This document shows, piece by piece, positions 10,195 to 21,166 of a stretch of 64,000 bases of DNA. Under the pieces are notes generated by a model. It was not told where the DNA came from, did not search any database, and saw nothing but the letters and a program-made list of their open reading frames with translations. The position numbers were made by a program, and so were the translations under genes. The stretch comes from an uncultured Gemmatimonadales bacterium (GTDB lineage: Bacteria; Gemmatimonadota; Gemmatimonadetes; Longimicrobiales; RSA9): NCBI GenBank assembly GCA_963798085.1, contig CAWCRS010000007.1:1728001-1792000 (forward strand), given 5' to 3'. The number at the start of each line of letters is the position of its first letter. The first letter of the stretch is position 1.

Positions 10195-11265
10195 TCAGCT
10201 CCGCCGCGGGTCGGGAGTGTCGAGCCGGGTCCATGGGGTGGCGACGGTCTGTCCGCCAGCGACTTCGGCCAGTGCCTGGCGCGCATCGGGCAGCGGTGAC
10301 GCTTCCGCGAGGGTGCGCGCGGCATCGACTTCCGCTTCCACGCGCTGCGCCACCGCCGCCAGCTCGCGGGTGCCGAGCCAGCCTTCGGCAGTGACCTTCT
10401 TCTCGAAACGCAGCAGCGGGTCACGCGCTTCCCAGGCTGCCACCTCACCGGCGGGCACGTAGTGCTGCGCGTCGTGCTCGGCGTGGCCCTTGCGCCGGTA
10501 CGTGATCACTTCCAGCAGCGCGGCACCTTCGCCCCGCCGTGCCCGCTCCACCGCCTTGCGCGTCATCGCGTACACCGCAAACACGTCGTTACCATCGCAC
10601 TGGTCGCCGTACACGCCGTAGGCCGGCGCGCGCAGCACGAACGACGCCGCGGCGGTCTGACGCGACACCGGTGTGGAGTAGGCGTAGGCGTTGTTCTCCA
10701 CGATCACGACCAGCGGTGCGCGCTGCACGGCAGCCAGGTTGAAGCCTTCGTGAAACGCGCCCGTCGATGCGCCGCCATCGCCAATGTAGGCCAGCGCCAC
10801 GCGCGGCTCGCCGCGCAGCCGGAAACTGAGCGCGACGCCGCTCATCACCTCGATCATGATGCCGAGGTGCGAGATCAGGCCGATCCAGCCGCGCTGAAAA
10901 TCGGTGAAGTGGACGTTCTGCTCGCGTCCCTGGGTGGGTGAGCCGGCTCTTGCCATGTACTGCATCATGATGTCGGCCGGCTGCGCACCCATCACGAAAA
11001 GCGATCCCAGATTGCGGATCGCGGGCGCCATGATGTCGCCGGTGCCATCGTTTGCGCGGCGCAGGGCCCAGGCGCTGCCCACCGCGGTGGCCTCCTGCCC
11101 GAGTGAGCGGTAGAGGCCGCCCAGGACGTGCTGCTGGCGGTAGAGATTGGAGAGAACCTGCTCGACCTGCCGGGTCAGCTGCAGGTAGTAATACAACTGG
11201 ATCAGTTCATCGCGGGAGAGACCGTGGATCAGTTCCGTGCTCGCGCTGCGGGTGCGTTTCGCCAT
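10195..11265 (-). CDS. 2-oxoacid dehydrogenase E1 alpha subunit
   Basis: GQEA, TPP motif GDGGASTGAFHEGFN...ENNAYAYST, TYRRKGHAEHD. Confidence 0.92.
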   Translation of the reverse strand: MAKRTRSASTELIHGLSRDELIQLYYYLQLTRQVEQVLSNLYRQQHVLGGLYRSLGQEATAVGSAWALRRANDGTGDIMAPAIRNLGSLFVMGAQPADIMMQYMARAGSPTQGREQNVHFTDFQRGWIGLISHLGIMIEVMSGVALSFRLRGEPRVALAYIGDGGASTGAFHEGFNLAAVQRAPLVVIVENNAYAYSTPVSRQTAAASFVLRAPAYGVYGDQCDGNDVFAVYAMTRKAVERARRGEGAALLEVITYRRKGHAEHDAQHYVPAGEVAAWEARDPLLRFEKKVTAEGWLGTRELAAVAQRVEAEVDAARTLAEASPLPDARQALAEVAGGQTVATPWTRLDTPDPRRS

Positions 11266-11360
11266 CGCGTCCCGTGACTCCTACCCGAGCTGCGCACGTT
11301 CATCGCCGCACATGCGCCAAGATGCCGGCGTTCGCGCGACATCGTCAAGCGAGGATGCAG

Positions 11361-11390
11361 GAAACCCCGCGAATGCGATCCGCGGGGTTC
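11361..11390 (-). terminator. terminator after secG
   Basis: AACCCCGCG/CGCGGGGTT stem followed by a short T run on the minus strand. Confidence 0.55.
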
Positions 11391-11416
11391 GTCCATGCAT
11401 GCGGGGTTGTTCCGTG

Positions 11417-11845
11417 CTACTTGCCGGGCGCTTTGCCTTTGTCGGCCTGGCCCGCAGGCGGCTGGGCTGGCGGCTTCGCGGAACCACTGCCGGCCGCGCC
11501 GGCTGCGCCGCTGCCGGCACCCTGCGTGTTCGCGGGCGGCAGCAACGGCTGCGGCGGTGCTTCCTGTTCGACGGGAACTGACCGCGCAGCAGCGGCTGCG
11601 GTGCGCGGGCCCGCGACGACATGACGGAGAGCACGAACAGCAGTGTCAGGAACGTCGCTCCCGTAACCCACGTCGCCTTGGTGAGCAGCGTGGCCGCCTG
11701 GCGGCCGCCCAGCAGGCTGTCCGCCATGGTGCCACCCGACCCGCCCATCGCGGCGAGGCCATCGCCCTTGCCGGCTTGCAGCAGGACGATGACGGTCAGG
11801 ATCGAGACCGTCCAGGATCGCGATCGCGAGCAGAAAACCGAACAC
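11417..11845 (-). CDS. secG: preprotein translocase subunit SecG (two frameshifts)
   Basis: VLLQAGKGDGLAAMGGSGG...LTKATWVTGATFLTLLFVLS across frames; follows tpiA. Confidence 0.85.
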   Translation of the reverse strand: MFGFLLAIAILDGLDPDRHRPAASRQGRWPRRDGRVGWHHGGQPAGRPPGGHAAHQGDVGYGSDVPDTAVRALRHVVAGPRTAAAAARSVPVEQEAPPQPLLPPANTQGAGSGAAGAAGSGSAKPPAQPPAGQADKGKAPGK

Positions 11846-11944
11846 GGTCAACTCCGTGGAAATGGTGTTACGGCAACGGCGTAAGCTCGCGCCGGGCTTC
11901 CGCCTTGTCAATCCGCGGCGTGCCGGTTTGCGAGGCGTGCGAGG

Positions 11945-12706
11945 TCAGGCTGGCAGCGCGGCGGCGGCAATGCGAGCGAAAGTATCCGGCTTGAGGCTGG
12001 CGCCACCGACGAGCACGCCGTCGACATTGGTCGCCGCCATGAGCGACCTGGCGTTTTCCGGGCTCACCGAACCGCCATACAGGATCGCGGTGTCCTGCGC
12101 GCGTCGGGCTCCCCAGCGAGCCGCGATTCGCTCACGCAGGAACGTGTGCGCGCCCGCGGCATCGTCGGGCGTTGCGTTCACGCCGGTGCCGATGGCCCAC
12201 ACCGGCTCGTACGCCAGAGTTACGCGCGTCAGCAGGGCTTCGTCGATTCGTTCCAGCGCGGTGCTCAGCTGGCGCTCGAGCACCGCCTCGAGGCGGCCTG
12301 CGCGCCGCTCGTCGAGCATTTCGCCCACGCAGAGCAGGACATCAAGGCCGCTGCTCAGCGCGGCGGACACCTTGCGCGCCACCTGCTCGTCGGTTTCACC
12401 GAATACGTGGCGGCGTTCCGAGTGTCCGACCAGCGCCACTTGCGCGCCTGCCTCCTTCGCCATGGGCGCACTGGTCTCACCGGTGAACGCGCCCGCCGCC
12501 TCCCAGTGGATGTTCTGCACCCCTGTGCGCACATCGTTTCGCTGCGCCACCGCCTGCGCAACGGCGCCCAGCGTGACGGCCGGCGGAAACAGCCAGAGGC
12601 TGCGCTGCATCACAATGGGACAGGCCGGCAGGAAATCGTGCAGGAACCGCGTCGCCTCGAGCGGTCCCTTGTTCATCTTCCAGTTGCCGGCGACGATGCG
12701 CCGCAT
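11945..12706 (-). CDS. tpiA: triosephosphate isomerase
   Basis: AGNWKMN, GHSERR, AYEPVWAIGTG, LYGGSV, LVGGASL. Confidence 0.97.
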   Translation of the reverse strand: MRRIVAGNWKMNKGPLEATRFLHDFLPACPIVMQRSLWLFPPAVTLGAVAQAVAQRNDVRTGVQNIHWEAAGAFTGETSAPMAKEAGAQVALVGHSERRHVFGETDEQVARKVSAALSSGLDVLLCVGEMLDERRAGRLEAVLERQLSTALERIDEALLTRVTLAYEPVWAIGTGVNATPDDAAGAHTFLRERIAARWGARRAQDTAILYGGSVSPENARSLMAATNVDGVLVGGASLKPDTFARIAAAALPA

Positions 12707-12729
12707 CGATCCGCCTTTCTCCCCGGTGT

Positions 12730-13935
12730 TCACGCGTCGTCCAGCACGGCGACGCCCGGCAGCACGCGGCCTTCGAGGAATTCCAGCGACGCACCGCCTC
12801 CCGTCGATACGTGCGTCACCCTGCTTGCCAGTCCCGCCTGTTCCAGTGCGGCCGCCGTGTCGCCGCCGCCCGCCACCGTGATTGCGCCTTTCGCGGTCGC
12901 ATCGGCGACGGCCTGGGCCACGCCTTGCGTGCCGCGCGCGAAATCAGCGATCTCGAACAGGCCCATCGGTCCGTTCCACAGGACGGTGGCGGCATCGAGT
13001 ATGCGCGCGCGGAAGGCGGACACGCTGCCCGGTCCGATGTCGAGGATGCGTTCTTCGTGCGTCACCGCGTCGCGCTCGCACACCCGCGACGGCGCGCCCG
13101 CCACCGCCTCCTTCGCCACGACGCAGTCGAGCGGCAGCAGCAGGCGGTTGCCGGCACGCTGCAGCAGGTCTCTGGCCATGTCCACGCGGTCAGCTTCCAC
13201 CAGTGATGCGCCCGTCTCCAGCCCGAGCGCCCGAAAGAACGTGTTTGCCATGGCGCCGCCGATGAGCAGCGCATCCACGCGCGGCAGCAATGCCTCGATC
13301 ACGTCGATCTTGCCCGAGATCTTGGCGCCGCCCAGGATGGCCAGGAACGGACGCCGCGGCCGTTCCAGCGCGCTGCCCAGGAACTGCAGTTCCTTCTGCA
13401 TCAGGAACCCGGCCACCGCCGGCTTGCCCGCACGCTTCATGGCATCGGGTAGTGCCGCGGTCGAAGCGTGCGCCCGGTGCGCCGTGCCAAACGCATCATT
13501 AACGTACACATCGGCCAGCGTCGCCAGCTCGGCGCCCAGGCCGGCATCATTCTCTTCCTCGCCCTTTTCGAAGCGCACGTTCTCCAGCAGCAGCACCGAG
13601 CCCGGCTTCAGGTCCTGGACCGCTTGCTGCACGAGCGCGCCCCGTACCTCGGGCACGAACTGCACGGGAATTCCCGCCAGTGTGCTCAGACGGTCCGCCA
13701 CGGGTGCAAGGCTGAACTCCGCAGCGCGTTTTCCCCCGGGCCGGCCCAGGTGCGATACCAGGATGACGCGCGCGCGCCGATCAAGCAGATAACGAAGTGT
13801 TCGGAGCGTCGCCTCAATGCGCGTGTCATCCGTGACCCGCCCCTCTTCCACGGGTACATTGTAATCCACACGCACCAGCACGCGCTGGCCGCGCAGCGCC
13901 GCATCGTTGAGCTCGCTCAGAATGCGCTTCTTCAT
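12730..13935 (-). CDS. pgk: phosphoglycerate kinase
   Basis: VRVDYNVP, SHLGRP, LLENVRF, NDAFGTAHRAHAS, STGGGASLEFLEG. Confidence 0.97.
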   Translation of the reverse strand: MKKRILSELNDAALRGQRVLVRVDYNVPVEEGRVTDDTRIEATLRTLRYLLDRRARVILVSHLGRPGGKRAAEFSLAPVADRLSTLAGIPVQFVPEVRGALVQQAVQDLKPGSVLLLENVRFEKGEEENDAGLGAELATLADVYVNDAFGTAHRAHASTAALPDAMKRAGKPAVAGFLMQKELQFLGSALERPRRPFLAILGGAKISGKIDVIEALLPRVDALLIGGAMANTFFRALGLETGASLVEADRVDMARDLLQRAGNRLLLPLDCVVAKEAVAGAPSRVCERDAVTHEERILDIGPGSVSAFRARILDAATVLWNGPMGLFEIADFARGTQGVAQAVADATAKGAITVAGGGDTAAALEQAGLASRVTHVSTGGGASLEFLEGRVLPGVAVLDDA

Positions 13936-13981
13936 GGTCGCGCTGTCTCCTGTTGCAATGGTGCCGGAATCCGGATGCTCA

Positions 13982-14015
13982 TGTGGCCACGACGCCTGCC
14001 GGCATCGTGGCCACA
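13982..14015. repeat. inverted repeat between the CPxCG microprotein and pgk
   Basis: TGTGGCCACGA/TCGTGGCCACA perfect 11-bp arms. Confidence 0.6.
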
Positions 14016-14038
14016 CGCGCTGTGCGAACGGCGGAACG

Positions 14039-14254
14039 TCAGGTGCGCAGCGTCGCTCCCGAGCGGTCGTCGGACAGCTGCACGCTGAGGAACACGGCGC
14101 GCGCGTCGCGCGCGCTCACCTGCAGCGGGCTGCTGCAGTTGCTGCACACGATCTGACGTGCGGGCTGCCCAGCGCTCACGTCGGTGCCATCGCGGTGCCC
14201 GCAGACCGGGCAGCGGTACATTCCGTGTAGTGGCTTTTCCATTGCGTTCGCCAT
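14039..14254 (-). CDS. small Zn-ribbon (CPxCG...CxxC) protein, 71 aa
   Basis: YRCPVCGHRD...IVCSNCSSPL; AGGA RBS before ATG 14254. Confidence 0.7.
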   Translation of the reverse strand: MANAMEKPLHGMYRCPVCGHRDGTDVSAGQPARQIVCSNCSSPLQVSARDARAVFLSVQLSDDRSGATLRT

Positions 14255-14286
14255 GCTGTTCCTGTGCTGCAATGGTCACGCGTCGG

Positions 14287-14301
14287 GCGAGTTGCATGCC
14301 A
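14287..14301 (-). promoter_or_regulatory. sigma54-like -24/-12 promoter
   Basis: TGGCATGCAACTCGC: GG-N10-GC spacing exact, TCGC instead of TTGC. Confidence 0.45.
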
Positions 14302-14455
14302 TGACCGGGGCGCCGCCGGCTGCGGGCTGGCCCGCGGGCTTCGCGCCTGCCCGTGACGCCCGCACCGTTCCCCGAAATGTTGACGACCGCCCCTGCCTGG
14401 TCGCCGTCCTGGCTGTGCGCTGCGCAACGGCTTCCCGCATAATCGCTTGCCGTGG

Positions 14456-16266
<1,811 letters not shown>

Positions 16267-16335
16267 GCGCCCATGCTCGCGATCACGGTGGTGCGGTGGA
16301 ATGGCGGCGCGGGTCAGGCTTGGGCGCGGCGCGCG

Positions 16336-17187
16336 TCAGGTCTGCGCCGTGGCTTTCTCTTCTGCCGCGGCGATGGCCTGCGCCATCACGCCCGCGGGCG
16401 AGGCGCGCCCGAACCAGCGCGCAAAGGCCGCTTCGCCCTGCGCCACGAGCATCGGCTCCCCGCCCTGCGCCGGAATGCCGCGCTGCCGCGCGCACGCCAG
16501 CCACGGCGTGCCGCCCGCGCGGTACACCAGATCGATCACCGCGCCAATGCGACGGCCGTGATCCAGATCGAACGGCAGCGGATCCGACGGCTGCATCCCG
16601 AGCGGCGTCGCATTGATCACTACATCGAATTCCGCCTGACGCAGTGTCAAGCCGTCGAGTGGACGCAAGGCGGGATCATCCCGGCCCAGCTGCTCGATGA
16701 GGCGCAGCACGGATCCCGCATTGCGGCCCAGCAGCTCCACGCGGCGCGCGCCGGCCTGCAGCAGTGCGTGCACCACCGCGCGCGCCGCTCCACCCGCGCC
16801 CAATACCAGCGCGCGCGCGTCGTGCAGCGGGCCCAGCAGGGCCTCGGCCGCCGTCCGGAATCCTGTAACATCGGTGTTATCACCACAGAGGCGGCCATGC
16901 TCCAGCCAGAAGCAGTTGCAGGCGCCGGTCGCTTGTACATCGGCGGTGGGCCGGTCGACGGCGGCAGCCGCGCTCTGCTTGTGCGGGATGGTCACATTGC
17001 CGCCGCCGCCCGCGCGGGCCAGCGTCCGCATGAGCGGCTCCAGCTGTGTGGCATCACAGGGCAGCGCCACGTAGACGGCGTCCACATCCGCGGCCTGCAT
17101 GGCGGCGTTCTGCATGACAGGTGATGCGGAGTGGCGCACCGGGTCGCCGAGGAGAGCGTATAACCGTGTGTTTGCGGTGAGCCTCAC
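16336..17187 (-). CDS. aroE: shikimate dehydrogenase
   Basis: GDPVRHSASP, NVTIPHK, NTDVTGF, GAGGAARA, INATPLGM. Confidence 0.92.
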   Translation of the reverse strand: MRLTANTRLYALLGDPVRHSASPVMQNAAMQAADVDAVYVALPCDATQLEPLMRTLARAGGGGNVTIPHKQSAAAAVDRPTADVQATGACNCFWLEHGRLCGDNTDVTGFRTAAEALLGPLHDARALVLGAGGAARAVVHALLQAGARRVELLGRNAGSVLRLIEQLGRDDPALRPLDGLTLRQAEFDVVINATPLGMQPSDPLPFDLDHGRRIGAVIDLVYRAGGTPWLACARQRGIPAQGGEPMLVAQGEAAFARWFGRASPAGVMAQAIAAAEEKATAQT

Positions 17188-17699
17188 GGCGCCAGAATGG
17201 GCTCGAGGCGGGCCAGCAGGCCCTCGATCGCCAGGCGCAGCTGGGCCAGCGTCTGGCGGTACGCGTCCAGGTCACCGCCGAAGGGATCGCGCACCGGCTC
17301 ACCCGATCCCGCGCCCTCCATGAAGTCGGTGGCCAGCGCCACCTTCCCGGCGCCGCCCAGCGCTGCGGCCATCTCGAACTGCGATGGCGTCATGGCCAGT
17401 ACCAGGTCGGCCCAGTCCAGCAGCGGGGGCGTCAACTCCCGGGCGCGATGCGACTCCAGGTCGAGCCCCTGCTCGGCGGCCACCGTGATGGCCAGCGGCG
17501 AGGCGGGCGCGCCCTCCACCACGGCGGTGCCGGCCGAATCCACACGCACGTGATTCCAGCCGCGCTCGGCCAGCAGCCGCTCCGTGAGCGCCCGCGCCAG
17601 CGGGCTGCGGCAGGTGTTGCCGCTGCACACAAACAGCAGGTTATAGGTCGTGGGAGCGTTGCCCGGCTCAAACTCCCTGTTTCCGGGTTGCGATTCCAT
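17184..17699 (-). CDS. low-molecular-weight phosphatase, YwlE-like protein-arginine phosphatase
   Basis: P-loop VCSGNTCRSP, DSAGT, DPFGG. Confidence 0.85.
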   Translation of the reverse strand: MESQPGNREFEPGNAPTTYNLLFVCSGNTCRSPLARALTERLLAERGWNHVRVDSAGTAVVEGAPASPLAITVAAEQGLDLESHRARELTPPLLDWADLVLAMTPSQFEMAAALGGAGKVALATDFMEGAGSGEPVRDPFGGDLDAYRQTLAQLRLAIEGLLARLEPILAP

Positions 17700-18333
17700 G
17701 AATGATCTCCGCAATCTCCGCTTCAGTCACCGCGCCGGTACGCACGATGCGCGGTGGATCCACCGAACAATCGACAATCGTGGACGGCGCCGAAGGCGGC
17801 AGCGTACCGCCATCCAGGACCAGCACATCGACCGCTGCCTGCTGCCCTGCGAGGACCGCAGCCACCTGTTGCGCGGAACGTGCGGGCTCGCGGCCCGGTG
17901 CATTCGCACTGGTCGACGTGAGCGCTGCGCCCAGCGTCTCGATCAGCATGCGCATGCCGGCATGAGCCGTGGAACGCACCGCAACGCGTCCGGCATCCAG
18001 CACACGCGCCGGAAATACGCCCGGCGGCGCGGGGAGTGCCAGGGTTACCGGACCGGGCCAGAACGCACCCGCCAGCGCGCGCGCCGCCGTTGTCCAGCTG
18101 ACGCCCGGCACCATGGATGCGTCGCTGACCAGCAGCAGAAAAGCCTTCTCTGCCGGGCGCTGCTTCAGCGCGGCCAGCGCCGCCAGCGCCGGTTCCTGCA
18201 GCATACAGCCGAAGCCGTAGACGGTTTCCGTCGGGCACGCGATCAGGCCGCCGTGCCGCAGGTGGTCCGCCACGCGCGCGATCGCCGCCTCCTGCTCCGC
18301 CGTCGAGGTGAATGGCACCAGCGTGGCATTCAC
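17668..18333 (-). CDS. tsaC: L-threonylcarbamoyladenylate synthase (Sua5/YrdC)
   Basis: PTETVYGF, FWPGPVT, STSAN, PSTIVD; GTG at 18333 overlaps the ispD stop. Confidence 0.9.
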   Translation of the reverse strand: MNATLVPFTSTAEQEAAIARVADHLRHGGLIACPTETVYGFGCMLQEPALAALAALKQRPAEKAFLLLVSDASMVPGVSWTTAARALAGAFWPGPVTLALPAPPGVFPARVLDAGRVAVRSTAHAGMRMLIETLGAALTSTSANAPGREPARSAQQVAAVLAGQQAAVDVLVLDGGTLPPSAPSTIVDCSVDPPRIVRTGAVTEAEIAEIIHGIATRKQGV

Positions 18334-19052
18334 GATCGTTCCAGCAGGGCGCGGGCCGTCGCCAGGTCCTCGGGTACCGTGAGCTTGATGTTGCTGCGTT
18401 CGCCTTCGACCACGCGCACGACATGACCGTAGCGCCGCACCAGCGCGGCATCGTCCGTCGCGCCAATGCCCTCGGCCTGCGCCCGCCGGTGCGCTTCGCG
18501 CAGCACATCGGTGGCGAACGCCTGTGGTGTCTGGGCCAGCCACAGCCCGGCTCGATCGGGGGTGCGCACGATACAGCCGCCCGCGTCCACTTCGTGCACG
18601 GTATCCGTGAGCGGAAGAGCCGCGATCACGGCCGGCGCCTCGTTCGCGTGATCGATCATGCGCGCAACCAGCGCCTGCGACACGAGCGGCCTCGCCGCAT
18701 CGTGCACGAGTACCACATCGCAATCGGCGGGCACCGCGGCAAGCGCCAGGCGAACGGAATCGGCGCGCGCCTCGCCGCCCGCCACGAGGCATACCCGCGG
18801 GTCGATTCTTGTCAGCCAGTCCGGAGGCGAAGCCGCCGTTTGTGCATTGAGCGCGACCACGATGCACGCGACCCGTGCTTCGTGCAGGAACGGGCGCAGT
18901 GTGTGGGCCAGCAGCGGCTGACCGGCGATTTCCAGCCATGCCTTGGCCGCACCCATGCGCCGGCCTGCGCCAGCCGCCGGTACGATCACCGCGACACGCT
19001 TGTGCTGGCGGTCGCCGGGCGATGACGTGGCGCCACCGCCCACGCTGCTCAC
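18330..19052 (-). CDS. ispD: 2-C-methyl-D-erythritol 4-phosphate cytidylyltransferase
   Basis: PAAGAGRRMG, VHDAARPL, QTPQAF, TDDA, NIKLTVPEDL. Confidence 0.95.
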   Translation of the reverse strand: MSSVGGGATSSPGDRQHKRVAVIVPAAGAGRRMGAAKAWLEIAGQPLLAHTLRPFLHEARVACIVVALNAQTAASPPDWLTRIDPRVCLVAGGEARADSVRLALAAVPADCDVVLVHDAARPLVSQALVARMIDHANEAPAVIAALPLTDTVHEVDAGGCIVRTPDRAGLWLAQTPQAFATDVLREAHRRAQAEGIGATDDAALVRRYGHVVRVVEGERSNIKLTVPEDLATARALLERS

Positions 19053-20425
19053 GGCACCATGCCTTGCGCCAAGGACTCGAAGCGCGTGCACTCACGCCGG
19101 AAGAAGAGATCCACCGTGCCGGTGGGGCCGTTCCGCTGCTTGCCAATGATCAGTTCGGCGCGTCCGTCCAGTTCCTTCTCGCGCGCCTCGGCTTCCTTCA
19201 TGTAGTACTCCGGGCGATAGAGGAACATCACGAGATCCGCGTCCTGCTCCAGTGAGCCGGACTCGCGCAGGTCGGACAGCTGCGGCCGGTGGTCGGTGCG
19301 CTGCTCGGGCGCGCGTGACAGCTGCGACAGCGCCAGAATGGGCACCGTGAGTTCCTTGGCGAGCGCCTTGAGTCCACGACTGATTACGCTCACTTCCTGT
19401 ACGCGGTTCTCCGCCTCGCCGGATGCATTCATGAGCTGGATGTAATCGACGATGATCATGCCCAGCTCGGGCTGATCCGCCTTCAGCCGCCTTGCCTTGG
19501 CGCGCATCTCGAGGACGGTCAGCGCGCCCGAGTCGTCGATCCAGATGGGTGCGGTGTTGAGGTGCCCCGCCGCCTGTGCCAGCTGCACGTAGTCGTCATC
19601 GCTCAGACGGCCGCGCAGCAGTCGACTCAGATCCACGAGCGCTTCCGAGCACAGCATGCGCTGCACCAGCTGCTCCTTCGACATTTCCAGCGAGAAGAGC
19701 GCGACCGGCAGGCGGTGCGAGATCGCGGCGTGCAGCGCGAGACCGGTCACGAATGCGGTCTTCCCCATGCTGGGCGGGCCGCCACAATGACCAGGTCGCC
19801 CTTCTGGAAACCGCCCGTTTTTTCGTCGAGGTCGTGAAAGCCGGTGGGCACGCCGGTGATGCCGCCCTTGGCCGCCTGCAGCTGCTCGATCCGTTCGAAC
19901 GTCGGATACAGGATCTTCTTGATCCAGACGAAGCCGCCGCGCTCGTGCTGCTGTGCCACCTGGAAGATGCGCTGCTCGGCTTCGTCGAGAATCTCGATTG
20001 ACCGTGCGCTCGCCGCTCTCGTAGGCGTCGCGGATGATCTCGGTGGATGCGTCGATCAGGCGGCGCAGCAGCGCGCGCTCGCGCACAATGCGTGCGTGAT
20101 ATTCAATGTTAGCCGCGGTGGGCACGGCATCGAGCAGCTCGCTCAGGTACTCGATCCCGCCGATGGACTCCAGCTCATCCGTCTTGTTCAGCTCTTCCCC
20201 GAGCGTCACCGGATCGACTACCTGCCCGTGCTGGAAGAGCCGGCTCATGGCGCGGAAGACGCGACGGTTCGCCTCCCGGTAGAACATCGTGTCGTCGACG
20301 ATCTCGATGGCCTTGGCCACCGCATCGCCATCGATGAGCATGCCGCCCAGCACGCTGATCTCCGCTTCCGGCGCCCAGGGTGGTTGCCGTTCGGAGACGG
20401 AGACGCCGTACTCAGACGTGCTCAT
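19049..20425 (-). CDS. dnaB: replicative DNA helicase (frameshifts near 20000 and 19785)
   Basis: PPWAPEAEISVLG, PTAANIEYHA, TGVPTGF, PSMGKT, SLEMS, VDYIQL, SDLRESGSLEQDAD, KQRNGPTG. Confidence 0.95.
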   Translation of the reverse strand: MSTSEYGVSVSERQPPWAPEAEISVLGGMLIDGDAVAKAIEIVDDTMFYREANRRVFRAMSRLFQHGQVVDPVTLGEELNKTDELESIGGIEYLSELLDAVPTAANIEYHARIVRERALLRRLIDASTEIIRDAYESGERTVNRDSRRSRAAHLPGGTAARARRLRLDQEDPVSDVRTDRAAAGGQGRHHRRAHRLSRPRRKNGRFPEGRPGHCGGPPSMGKTAFVTGLALHAAISHRLPVALFSLEMSKEQLVQRMLCSEALVDLSRLLRGRLSDDDYVQLAQAAGHLNTAPIWIDDSGALTVLEMRAKARRLKADQPELGMIIVDYIQLMNASGEAENRVQEVSVISRGLKALAKELTVPILALSQLSRAPEQRTDHRPQLSDLRESGSLEQDADLVMFLYRPEYYMKEAEAREKELDGRAELIIGKQRNGPTGTVDLFFRRECTRFESLAQGMVP

Positions 20426-21166
20426 CGAGCACCGAACGCAGCAGCTGAGGTCGGACCACGCCGTGCGCACCATGTTCGGGCTGCGCAGCAGGAAGGCGGG
20501 ATGATAACTGACGATCACGCGGGATCCCGCGATAGGCGTGCACCCGTCCGCGCAGCCGGCCAATGGCTTCGTCACGCTGCAGCAGCGCCTGCACCGCGAA
20601 GCGGCCCACGGCCAGCAGCGCCCGCGGTACAATGGTCGTTCAGCTGCGCGTGCAGGAACAATCGGCTGCACGCGTCCATTTCCGCGGGTTCGGGATTGCG
20701 GTTGTTGGGTGGCCGGCATTTGAGCACGTTGCAGATGTACACGCTCTCCCGCGGGAAGCCAACGCTCATGAGGAGCAGGTCCAGCAGCTTCCCGGCGCGG
20801 CCCACGAAGGGCCGGCCCGTGCGATCCTCTTCCTGGCCCGGCGCTTCGCCCACCACCACCAGTGCGGCGGCGGGATCGCCTTCGCCGAACACCGCCTGGG
20901 TGCGCGAGGCGTGCAGCTGGCACGCCGTGCACACCGCGGCCTGCTGCGCGAGCACCTGCAGCGTCGCGCGCCGCTCCGCCCGTGTCCCATCCTCCGCGAC
21001 TGCGGCGGACGGGGCAGTCGACAACGCCGCGGCAGCACCCGACGCGTGGAGTCCGCCCAGGGCAATGGCCTGCTTCCGGTCGAGCGATTCCAGATAGAGA
21101 TCGGGACCGCCCAGCTCGCCGAGCTGGCGCGATGTAGCGGCCCAGCTCCTGACGGAAGCGGGTCAT
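20412..21166 (-). CDS. uracil-DNA glycosylase family 4 (several frameshifts)
   Basis: CTACQL, VGEAPG, GRPFVGRAG, NVLKCRPPNNRNP, YHPAFLLR. Confidence 0.88.

Noticed and set aside
17668..19146. 492-aa extended Sua5
   Set aside because: The upstream part overlaps ispD in another frame; real start is GTG 18333
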